Position numbers and translations under genes: made by a program | The notes under the pieces: generated by a model | The model's input: only the letters and a program-made list of their open reading frames with translations | The model's database searches: none | Told to the model about the DNA's origin: nothing | Shown here: positions 18,683 to 26,598 of the stretch, piece after piece | Numbering within the stretch: the stretch's first letter is position 1 | Layout: every line of letters begins with the position of its first letter | Origin: Alkalispirochaeta sp. | Lineage (GTDB): Bacteria > Spirochaetota > Spirochaetia > DSM-27196 > Alkalispirochaetaceae | Direction: 5' to 3' | DNA length: 64,000 nucleotides | Assembly: GCA_965242725.1 (NCBI GenBank) | Contig: CBDESZ010000018.1 | Location: 320,001 to 384,000 of the forward strand

Positions 18683-19824
18683 GAATCCTGTTGCTGCCTT
18701 GCGAGAGAATTGGCGTCCACCGCCTTGGCGATAAAGAGACTTTTTGTCTGGGCAAGATCAACTTCCGGTCCGTTGTCGTTAATATATTCTCTTCCGTTCC
18801 CGTCGATAATGATTTTCACCCGCGGTTTGAGGGGCGTGGTGCTTCTGTTCTCTATGACCCGGCACACGCTGGAGTCGCTGAGCAGTACAATACTCCCGAT
18901 GGGATATATTCCGAGGACCTGAATAAATGCCTTGAGAACTTCCGGGTCAAAACGCGTGCCGTTGTCACTGAGGAGATTTCTCATCGCCGTATAGCCGATC
19001 ATGGAACTGCGATAGGGTTTGTGTGAAACCATTGCGATGAAGGAGTCGGCGACGGCGATGATACGTCCTTCAATCCGGATACGTTCCCTGCCGTTGCGGC
19101 GGGGATAGCCCTGTCCGTCCCATCGTTCATGGTGCTGCAGGGCTGCTATGCCGATCTCTTCGGGGTATCCCAGTTCCCGGACGATGATTTTAAAGGAGTG
19201 TACCGGATGGGTCTGCATCTGCCGCTTCTCATCGACCGAAAGGGATCCCTTCTTATTGATTATCTCGGGGCTCACGCGGAGCATTCCGATGTCCCGCAGG
19301 AGCGCCGCGGTACAGAGCATCATCACCTTGTGACGGGTCATTTTGAGCTTCTGACCGACCAGCACCGAAAGAATCGCTCCGTTCAGCGCGTTTTCAACCT
19401 CGCCGGTGTCGCCCTGCATGCCGTAGAGAATGTATTGAATGAGATTGGGTCCGTGGGCATCTACAATGCCGATGAGCCGGTCAACGATACGATTCAGCCG
19501 CTCCTGTTCGATCTCCTCTGCCGCCCGAAGCCGGCCGAAGAGTTCCCGAAGACTCCGTTGCAGCTCATTGTAGACACCGACCGCCGCCTTGTGTTCCGGT
19601 TTGTTGAAGGCCTGAAGAAAGAACGCATTAAAGCCGGAGTGGGGATCATCGGAAATGACATCTCCATCACAATAGACGTGGGTCACGTTCCAGCGCCGGA
19701 GGCGTTCAATGTCCCGTTGCCGTATGGGAACGCCCTCGGGTACGAAGAGGTTCTCGTCTTCGATGTACACAGGCTTGGAATACCTCTGCCCAGGTGACAG
19801 TTTATCAACGTCGATTGTTTTCAT
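18679..19824 (-). CDS. HD-GYP domain protein, degenerate (HD replaced by RD)
   Basis: ALLRDIG, HPVHS, QHHERWDGQGYP, IAVADSF, RFDPEV. Confidence 0.9.
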   Translation of the reverse strand: MKTIDVDKLSPGQRYSKPVYIEDENLFVPEGVPIRQRDIERLRRWNVTHVYCDGDVISDDPHSGFNAFFLQAFNKPEHKAAVGVYNELQRSLRELFGRLRAAEEIEQERLNRIVDRLIGIVDAHGPNLIQYILYGMQGDTGEVENALNGAILSVLVGQKLKMTRHKVMMLCTAALLRDIGMLRVSPEIINKKGSLSVDEKRQMQTHPVHSFKIIVRELGYPEEIGIAALQHHERWDGQGYPRRNGRERIRIEGRIIAVADSFIAMVSHKPYRSSMIGYTAMRNLLSDNGTRFDPEVLKAFIQVLGIYPIGSIVLLSDSSVCRVIENRSTTPLKPRVKIIIDGNGREYINDNGPEVDLAQTKSLFIAKAVDANSLARQQQDS

Positions 19825-20093
19825 TTGCTGGTTTCAGGCCTTACATTTTTATCGAGTGACATAATATACGCAAAAATAGTTGCGATCGGCTGGTACAGTT
19901 CAAACGGAACAACATCGCCCGGATCCAGATAGACCAACCGGTCGGCGAGTTCCTCGTCCGAGAGTACCGGCACGTTCCATTCCCGCGCCGTATCAACCAG
20001 TTTTTCCGCCAGATGACCACGTCCCGTCGCCGCTACAAATGGCGCCGGAAGGTTCCGATCATATCGAAGAGCCGCTGCGATCCGTCTATCCAT
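19821..20093 (-). CDS. Stand-alone FlhB/EscU C-terminal-like protein
   Basis: AAALRYD..PAPFVAATGRG, WNVP, VPFELYQPIA; no TM region. Confidence 0.85.
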   Translation of the reverse strand: MDRRIAAALRYDRNLPAPFVAATGRGHLAEKLVDTAREWNVPVLSDEELADRLVYLDPGDVVPFELYQPIATIFAYIMSLDKNVRPETSK

Positions 20094-21150
20094 AATGATC
20101 AATCCCGCGGAGTGCTCCCGCTTCCCCGTGAAACGGGAAACCGCCTTCGTTCTCGACTTTCACAGTATGGCCCGTAAAACCGAGTGTCGCAAGTAGGTCC
20201 ACAGGCGGATCTCCCGTCGAACCTTCCGTTCCCGCTCCGTCCAGCACGGGTGTACCGCCGCCGGCCGGTACCGTCCAGGAAAACCACCAGCGTCCGCCGT
20301 CACGGTCGACCGAAAGGAGCGCACGGCGAGGTTTCATCGTCGCCGGCTCAAGGGCGATCTTCAATACCGCATCGAGAGAGGTACCGTCCCTTTTTCCCGC
20401 CGTGCCCCGAATGGGGATGACAATCCAGTGATAATCACCCGTTGCGGGACGGAGTACGTTGAAGAGTTGCAATGGGTGGACAGGACGTGAGCTCCGTCGG
20501 GTGCAATAACGACGCAGACGTTGTGTATCGATGAGGTGGGAACTTCCCTTTTCGCTTTCTTGTTGCCGAGAGGGGTCCCGGGACCGACGTTGGTCTCCAC
20601 CGTCAAACCAGCCGATCATTTCACGGACCATATCCTCATTGGCGTCGGCCGGTCCCAGCTCCCTGTCCGCCGCCTCTACCGCCCACCGGGCGGCAGTTCG
20701 GTCGAAACGGCCCGATTTTCTCAGGACGCGGACAGCCCGTTGTATGAGGTCGTGGGTAATCTTTTTCCCTGACGACAGAATCGCGTGAATAATGAATGCG
20801 GTTTCCCGTGTATCGGAAAGACCGAAGATGTGAATGACTTTTTGAACGGCCGAATCATTTCCGCCGGCTGTGGCATATTCCCCACGGGGCAGGCCGTTGC
20901 GCCGGAGAATTTTCAATACCACGTCGCCCTTCAGGCGTGTGAGCTCCGCCAGGACGACATCGCCGACCTTCAGCTCCGCCTCATTGCGAGCGGTGAGATT
21001 CAGTGTCTGAGACTGTAAATGAACGAAACCTGCCCGTACGGCGGATACACGATACACGGCCGGGCGCCCACCGTCTGCATTCTGAATTCGGTGGGCACCG
21101 AAGAAACGAATCTCCCTGAGTATCGCGCCTTGACGGGCAAACTCATTCAC
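20086..21150 (-). CDS. Hypothetical protein in the FliK-like/YlqG position
   Basis: 354 aa ORF between rplS and the FlhB-C-like gene, ending ...GIDHYG; assignment from position only. Confidence 0.55.
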   Translation of the reverse strand: MNEFARQGAILREIRFFGAHRIQNADGGRPAVYRVSAVRAGFVHLQSQTLNLTARNEAELKVGDVVLAELTRLKGDVVLKILRRNGLPRGEYATAGGNDSAVQKVIHIFGLSDTRETAFIIHAILSSGKKITHDLIQRAVRVLRKSGRFDRTAARWAVEAADRELGPADANEDMVREMIGWFDGGDQRRSRDPSRQQESEKGSSHLIDTQRLRRYCTRRSSRPVHPLQLFNVLRPATGDYHWIVIPIRGTAGKRDGTSLDAVLKIALEPATMKPRRALLSVDRDGGRWWFSWTVPAGGGTPVLDGAGTEGSTGDPPVDLLATLGFTGHTVKVENEGGFPFHGEAGALRGIDHYG

Positions 21151-21166
21151 CGCATCGGAAACCTGT

Positions 21167-21526
21167 TCAGGTGTTCTTCTTTTTCCGAATCAATTCCGCG
21201 ACCTTGGCGGCTTTCCCGACACGGTCACGAATATAGTAGAGCTTGGCGCGTCGTACACGACCGCGACGCACGACTTCGATCCGCTGGACCCGGGGACTGT
21301 GTACGGGGAATACCCGTTCCACCCCGACGCCGTAACTGAGTTTTCTTACCGTTATGGAACGATTTACCCCGCTGCCGCGACGGGCAATGACAAGCCCTTC
21401 ATAGATCTGCGTCCGTTCCGTTTTTCCTTCGACAATACGAAAGTGAATTTTTACGGTATCACCTATACGAAAATCATCGACCGATTCCTTCACCTGCCGT
21501 GCTTCAACCGTCTTTATTGCGTCCAT
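21167..21526 (-). CDS. rplS: 50S ribosomal protein L19
   Basis: FRIGDTV, EGKTERTQIYEG, GVGVERVFP, RRAKLYYIR. Confidence 0.98.
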   Translation of the reverse strand: MDAIKTVEARQVKESVDDFRIGDTVKIHFRIVEGKTERTQIYEGLVIARRGSGVNRSITVRKLSYGVGVERVFPVHSPRVQRIEVVRRGRVRRAKLYYIRDRVGKAAKVAELIRKKKNT

Positions 21527-21528
21527 GA

Positions 21529-22269
21529 TCACTCCTTATCCCGTTCCACAATATCTTCAATATCTGCCCGATCTTCGGCGCTCAACTGGACGCCGGAAAG
21601 CAGATCGGGACGGTACTTCGCCGTCTTGCGCAGTTTCTCGCGACGACGCCACCGGTTTATCTTTTCATGGTGTCCCGACAGGAGAACTTCCGGTACGGAA
21701 CGACCGCGAAAACTGACGGGACGCGTATAGTGAGGATGTTCCAGGAGGCCGTCCTGAAAACTGTCCTCTACGACACTTTCCCGTTTGATCACACCCGTAC
21801 GCAGTCTATAGACCGCGTCGATAATGACCATCGTCGCCAGTTCTCCCGACGACAATACATAATCACCGATCGATATCTCTTCATCGACGTATTCGTCGAT
21901 GATGCGTTGATCGATTCCTTCATATCGCCCGCAAATGAAGACGATATCATCACGTTCAGCAAGCCTCTGGGCGTGCTCCTGGGTAAATCTGATACCCGAG
22001 GGACTTGGAAATACCACGTGACGACGGTGTGCGTCAACCGAGTCAAGGGCCGCCGCCAGCGGTTCCGGCAGGAGAACCATTCCCGCCCCACCTCCATAGG
22101 GTGAGTCGTCACAGGAGCGGTGCCTGTCCAGGGCGAAGTCCCGAATGTTTATGACATCCGGCGTCACCGCTCCTCTGGAGACCGTTTTCCCCAGAATGGA
22201 CGTCTCAAAGTATTGAACAAGCATCTCCGGAAACAACGAAAGTACGCTTATTCTGAGTCCAGTATCCAT
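21529..22269 (-). CDS. trmD: tRNA (guanine37-N1)-methyltransferase
   Basis: DDSPYGGGAGM, CGRYEGIDQR, SIGDYVLSSGE, PHYTRP, LLSGHH. Confidence 0.98.
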   Translation of the reverse strand: MDTGLRISVLSLFPEMLVQYFETSILGKTVSRGAVTPDVINIRDFALDRHRSCDDSPYGGGAGMVLLPEPLAAALDSVDAHRRHVVFPSPSGIRFTQEHAQRLAERDDIVFICGRYEGIDQRIIDEYVDEEISIGDYVLSSGELATMVIIDAVYRLRTGVIKRESVVEDSFQDGLLEHPHYTRPVSFRGRSVPEVLLSGHHEKINRWRRREKLRKTAKYRPDLLSGVQLSAEDRADIEDIVERDKE

Positions 22270-22775
22270 GGTTCCTTAAGGGTGATCCGTTTCCCCTGAA
22301 GGTCAACGGACTGGATAAACTTGTTCATAAACGGTACGAATACACGCTTCTCACGTCGTTCCGTCGTATCATTGTCCGACAGTTCCACTTCCAGGAGGGG
22401 CGCCTGTGCTCCCTCAACCACTGAAAGTACTACGCCGGCACTGCCGTTCTCGCCGAATACCGACGATCCGATCAGATCCGCCACATAGTATTCGTCGTCT
22501 CCAAGGGGCGCAGCCTCAGTTCGCGACACCCTCATCTCCCACCCCAGATACTTCTTTGCCGCTTCCGGTGTCGTCACGCCTTCAAAGGTGACGACGGGAA
22601 CTCCGTTGTGTACGGCGACTGCTTCGATGCGCATAGTCAGCGTCTTGTCCGAAGCAACCAGTTCAACATCTCTGAGGTTGCGAAAGTGGTCGGCTTCCCC
22701 GGAATAGGACTCCACCTTGATGGCGCCCCTGATTCCGTGAGTTCTGCGCAGTACGCCGATGAGCAGGGAATTCAC
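22248..22775 (-). CDS. rimM: Ribosome maturation factor RimM
   Basis: THGIRG, EYYVADLIG, VPF; GTG start at 22775; canonical position. Confidence 0.92.
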   Translation of the reverse strand: MNSLLIGVLRRTHGIRGAIKVESYSGEADHFRNLRDVELVASDKTLTMRIEAVAVHNGVPVVTFEGVTTPEAAKKYLGWEMRVSRTEAAPLGDDEYYVADLIGSSVFGENGSAGVVLSVVEGAQAPLLEVELSDNDTTERREKRVFVPFMNKFIQSVDLQGKRITLKEPWILDSE

Positions 22776-22785
22776 GACGACGAGC

Positions 22786-23019
22786 TCAGTCCAGGATCTC
22801 CAGAACCACTCGTTTACCCGTACGGGTGGAGACGGCGGCGAGCACGGTACGCACGGCCTTTGCGATACGTCCGTGTTTGCCGATGACCTTGCCCACATCG
22901 TCCGGAGAGACCTTGAGCTCCAATATCGTCGATTTCTCCCCTTCGATCATGTTTACTTCTACGCCGTCAGGGTCGTCAACCAACGCTTTCGCTATGTATT
23001 CAACCAGTTCTCGTTCCAC
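22786..23019 (-). CDS. khpA: KH-domain RNA-binding protein
   Basis: LVDDPD, DVGKVIGKHGR; lies between rpsP and rimM. Confidence 0.93.
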   Translation of the reverse strand: MERELVEYIAKALVDDPDGVEVNMIEGEKSTILELKVSPDDVGKVIGKHGRIAKAVRTVLAAVSTRTGKRVVLEILD

Positions 23020-23045
23020 GATGTTCTACTCCTATTCCGTATGCG

Positions 23046-23300
23046 TTATTTTACGTGAAAATCGCTGCGGTTTAGGAGTTTCCGGACGGTATCGGTCGGC
23101 TGTGCACCCTTTTGAAGCCATTGCCGCACTTTTTCTTCATCAAATCGAACCTGATCGGATTCATTGGTTTCAATTGGATGATACAGTCCAACCTCATCAA
23201 GGGCGCGACCGTCACGGGGTGCCCTGCTGTCCACAACAACGATTCGGTAAAATGGCCGTTTTTTCGTCCCAAAGCGTTTCAGCCTTATCTTTGTGCTCAT
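23046..23300 (-). CDS. rpsP: 30S ribosomal protein S16
   Basis: [34 protein letters not shown]. Confidence 0.98.
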   Translation of the reverse strand: MSTKIRLKRFGTKKRPFYRIVVVDSRAPRDGRALDEVGLYHPIETNESDQVRFDEEKVRQWLQKGAQPTDTVRKLLNRSDFHVK

Positions 23301-23318
23301 TTCATTCCTCCTGAGTTT

Positions 23319-24653
23319 CTACATCCGGCCCATCTGCGACATCAGCTTGGCCTGGTATTTCTTGTTTTTCGTCATCTTTTTCATCATGCCCCGCATCTTG
23401 TCGAATCTGCGGATCAGTTGATTCACTTCAAATACGGACGTACCGCTCCCGCCGGCGATTCTTTTACGCCGGCTGGCACCGATTATCCGGTGGTTGTCCC
23501 GTTCTTCAGGGGTCATCGACAAAATTATCGCTTCTTCCCGCTTGATTTTATCCATATCGATCTGGTCCGGATCGATTTGCCCCTTCATGCCCGGGATCAT
23601 TTCCATGAGAGACTGGACCGATCCCATTTTTCGTACCCGCTGGAACTGTTCCAGATAGTCCCCGAGGGTGAAGGTCGCGGAGGCCATCTTTTTCTGCAAC
23701 GCCGCCGCATCTTCCTCGTTGATCGTCTCCTGCGCTTTTTCGACGAGGGTGACCACGTCGCCCATGCCGAGAATACGCGAAGCGATCCGTTCCGGATAGA
23801 ACGGCTCCAGATCTTCCGGCTTTTCGCCGACACCGATAAATTTTATGGGCGTCCCGGCGATCGTTTTTATAGACAACGCCGCGCCGCCGCGGGTGTCACT
23901 GTCAAATTTGCTGAGGATGACGCCGGTCAGCTCGAGACGTTCATGAAACGCCTTGGCCACATCCACCGCATTCTGTCCGGTCATCGCATCTGCAACGAGG
24001 ATTCGTTCATCCGGTTTTGCGAGCCTCGCCACCCCATGGATTTCATCCATGAGCGCCTCATCCACCTGCATGCGCCCTGCAGTGTCGATAATGAGGGTAT
24101 CGTACTGTTCCTTTTTTGCGCGACGCTGTGCTTCCTTGACGACTTTCAGCGGGTCCGATGCGTCGGTGACGGCATGAACCGCCACCCCGATCTGCGCTCC
24201 CAGCTGCTGCAGCTGATCGACCGCCGCCGGCCGTACCAGGTCCGCGGCAACGAGAAGGGGTTTACGGCCCTCTTTTTGCAGACGCCGGGCGAGTTTTGCC
24301 GCCGTCGTCGTCTTCCCGGAACCCTGCAGCCCGGCAAAGAGAATGACACTGGTGACGTCGGGCCCGCGAAGGACGAGATCCTGCCGTTCATCCCCGAGGA
24401 ATTCGACGAGCCGATCATGTACGATCTTGACAAACTGCTGGCCCGGAGAGACGGCACGCAACACCGATTCACCCGTTGCGTCACGGAGAGTTCGACTTAC
24501 AAATCGTCGGACGACTTTGAGACTGACATCCGCTTCCAGCAAGGCAACTTTTATCTCCTCAACAGCGTCCTGTACGTTTTTCTCGCTGATGCGGTCCTTG
24601 CCTGAGATGGATCGTAATGTTTCCGTCAGTTTTGTACTCAGTCTATCCAACAT
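23319..24653 (-). CDS. ffh: Signal recognition particle protein
   Basis: ALLEADV, GLQGSGKTT, DTAGR, DTRGGAALS, Met-rich M domain; upstream TTGACA-N17-TATAAC (24708-24680). Confidence 0.98.
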   Translation of the reverse strand: MLDRLSTKLTETLRSISGKDRISEKNVQDAVEEIKVALLEADVSLKVVRRFVSRTLRDATGESVLRAVSPGQQFVKIVHDRLVEFLGDERQDLVLRGPDVTSVILFAGLQGSGKTTTAAKLARRLQKEGRKPLLVAADLVRPAAVDQLQQLGAQIGVAVHAVTDASDPLKVVKEAQRRAKKEQYDTLIIDTAGRMQVDEALMDEIHGVARLAKPDERILVADAMTGQNAVDVAKAFHERLELTGVILSKFDSDTRGGAALSIKTIAGTPIKFIGVGEKPEDLEPFYPERIASRILGMGDVVTLVEKAQETINEEDAAALQKKMASATFTLGDYLEQFQRVRKMGSVQSLMEMIPGMKGQIDPDQIDMDKIKREEAIILSMTPEERDNHRIIGASRRKRIAGGSGTSVFEVNQLIRRFDKMRGMMKKMTKNKKYQAKLMSQMGRM

Positions 24654-24728
24654 ACTTTGTCCGTTCGAGTCGAACGATAGTTATAAAAAATACCGGTCCC
24701 GGTGTCAATCCGGGCTTCCCGTTCCACA

Positions 24729-26270
24729 TTATCGAATATAGAAAAAATGGCGTTTCAGATATCTCTCACGCTCCTCTGCCCGCTCGAGATATGAGCTGAA
24801 GGGATACCTTCGGATCAGTGTCTCATACAGCTCAAGCGCGTATTCCACATCCCGGGACGGCCCGGTGACATCATGAAACCGGGCAAGGCGAAAGAGAACT
24901 TCATCGGACTGCCAGCGGGGAGTCTGCCAAAGCGTTTCCAGAAGCGGGCCCGCGGCGTCCCACCGCTCTTCCTCCGTCAGGAGATCCACATACGCGACCA
25001 TTTCCTCAATGGTCAGATTCGCGGTCTCTTCTCCCTCTTCCCGCACGGACGCTATGAGGCGGGAATGGGTGTCGGCGTCAAAGGGGGTGAGCTCGCCGAT
25101 CGGACCGGTATTCGCTTCCGCCGCAGCGGTCATGGTTTCGGAAGCCGTCGCGGAATCGGCTCCACCTCCCCCTGCGGCCGACGGGCGTTCACCGTCGCCG
25201 CGCCCGTTTTGCGCCGCCGCCCGTTCCGCTGGAGCGTCACCGACTGCAATGAACTCCTCGTGGACGGTCCGAGTTCCCGTTGTAAGATCCTGAGATTCAA
25301 ATGAGAGATGGGCGGGACCGGTTACCCGGAAGAGAAAGTTTGTCGCCGAGAGATCTGGGGCAGTTTCCCGTGAAAGAAACTCGGAATTGCCCGAGCTCCG
25401 CAGGAAGAGCCATGAAGGTCCCGGAAGGGTGACTCGCACGACATCCCCGGGCGCCGCCGTCCGCCGGGAAGTCGACGCCTCTTCAGGGTCCGCCGTTTCC
25501 CGCAACGCAGGAGAAGGTGGACCTCCGTCGGCCTGGGAAATGTCCTTCCTTCCGCTCACCCGGGGGACTTCCCGTTCCCGCGTGTTTTCCACCGGAACGG
25601 TCGGTCCCGGGGGAAGCGTGCCGGGGGTATCCTCATCGTCACCGGCGCCAACCTCCGTGGTTACAGTCTCCGTCGTTTCGAGCGCTGCAGCTTCCGCCAC
25701 GGGACTACCTTCGCTGTCCGAACGGTCCTCTTCCCGATCCGGCGGGATCGTGAGATTTTGCGACGCTGCCTCACTTGTCGCGGGGGACGAACGGGATGTT
25801 TCCGCCGGTTCCGTATATGCATCGTTGACGGCAGCGCGTTCTGGAAACACGTCGATGTCGGGCAGGCTGCGGGCCACCGTCGTGCCGACCGGGCCGTCCG
25901 CCGACGTGCGAAGGGATGGAGACTTCTCAGGCAGAGGCGTCCACGGGAGGGGAAGAAGAAGGTCCGCAGCATGCGGTATGGATGCCGATCGTGGCGCCGC
26001 CGGACCAGGCGGCAACAATCGTGGCAGCCCCGGCTCACCGGCACTCGTCCGTTCCGGCGGCATACCGGCTGCGCGCCGTGTTTCGGCGGAATCTATTTCC
26101 GCGGGTGTTATTTCTGCCGGCTCCATTCCAGCCGGTTCGGTTTCTTCCGCTGCCGTCCCGCCGACGGATTCCGTCCGTACCGGCGCTGAGACTTCGACAC
26201 CGGAGGGAACGCTCTCACAGGCGACAAGGGAGAGGGCGATAATGACCATGAGAATCGCCTCTCTATTCAT
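24729..26270 (-). CDS. Putative lipoprotein with long disordered linker and C-terminal TPR-like domain
   Basis: Lipobox-like LSLVA-C; Pro/Ala/Glu/Thr-rich stretch; C-terminal DEVLFRLAR...ALELYETLIRRYPFS. Confidence 0.75.
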   Translation of the reverse strand: MNREAILMVIIALSLVACESVPSGVEVSAPVRTESVGGTAAEETEPAGMEPAEITPAEIDSAETRRAAGMPPERTSAGEPGLPRLLPPGPAAPRSASIPHAADLLLPLPWTPLPEKSPSLRTSADGPVGTTVARSLPDIDVFPERAAVNDAYTEPAETSRSSPATSEAASQNLTIPPDREEDRSDSEGSPVAEAAALETTETVTTEVGAGDDEDTPGTLPPGPTVPVENTREREVPRVSGRKDISQADGGPPSPALRETADPEEASTSRRTAAPGDVVRVTLPGPSWLFLRSSGNSEFLSRETAPDLSATNFLFRVTGPAHLSFESQDLTTGTRTVHEEFIAVGDAPAERAAAQNGRGDGERPSAAGGGGADSATASETMTAAAEANTGPIGELTPFDADTHSRLIASVREEGEETANLTIEEMVAYVDLLTEEERWDAAGPLLETLWQTPRWQSDEVLFRLARFHDVTGPSRDVEYALELYETLIRRYPFSSYLERAEERERYLKRHFFYIR

Positions 26271-26598
26271 CGAACAGGAACTCCTCTATCCGTTCTTCGC
26301 TGCGTATGCGGAACGTGCGCTCCACCACTTCAGGAAGGTCGATGGACACGTCGTCCACAATCTCCTCCGGGAGTGGCTCCCCGGGGTTTATATACCACGT
26401 GAATTGCGGCTGCAGCACCTGTTCTTCCACCGAAGGCAGGGTGAATGAATCGTCCGGCAGGAGAAGCTCCCGATCGGCATAGTCGCCAACATCCTGCACT
26501 TCACCGTCGGAACCGCCTCTGACAAGGAGAAATACGGCGATCCCCAGCAGCGCAAGAGTCGCGATTCCGCCAAGCAGTGCGACCCTCCCGATCTTCAT
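26263..26598 (-). CDS. Small bitopic membrane protein
   Basis: Single N-terminal TM followed by an acidic domain; start overlaps the smc stop (TGATG). Confidence 0.7.
   Translation of the reverse strand: MKIGRVALLGGIATLALLGIAVFLLVRGGSDGEVQDVGDYADRELLLPDDSFTLPSVEEQVLQPQFTWYINPGEPLPEEIVDDVSIDLPEVVERTFRIRSEERIEEFLFDE

Noticed and set aside
23112..24605. 497-aa plus-strand ORF
   Set aside because: Antisense shadow of ffh/rpsP; no motifs
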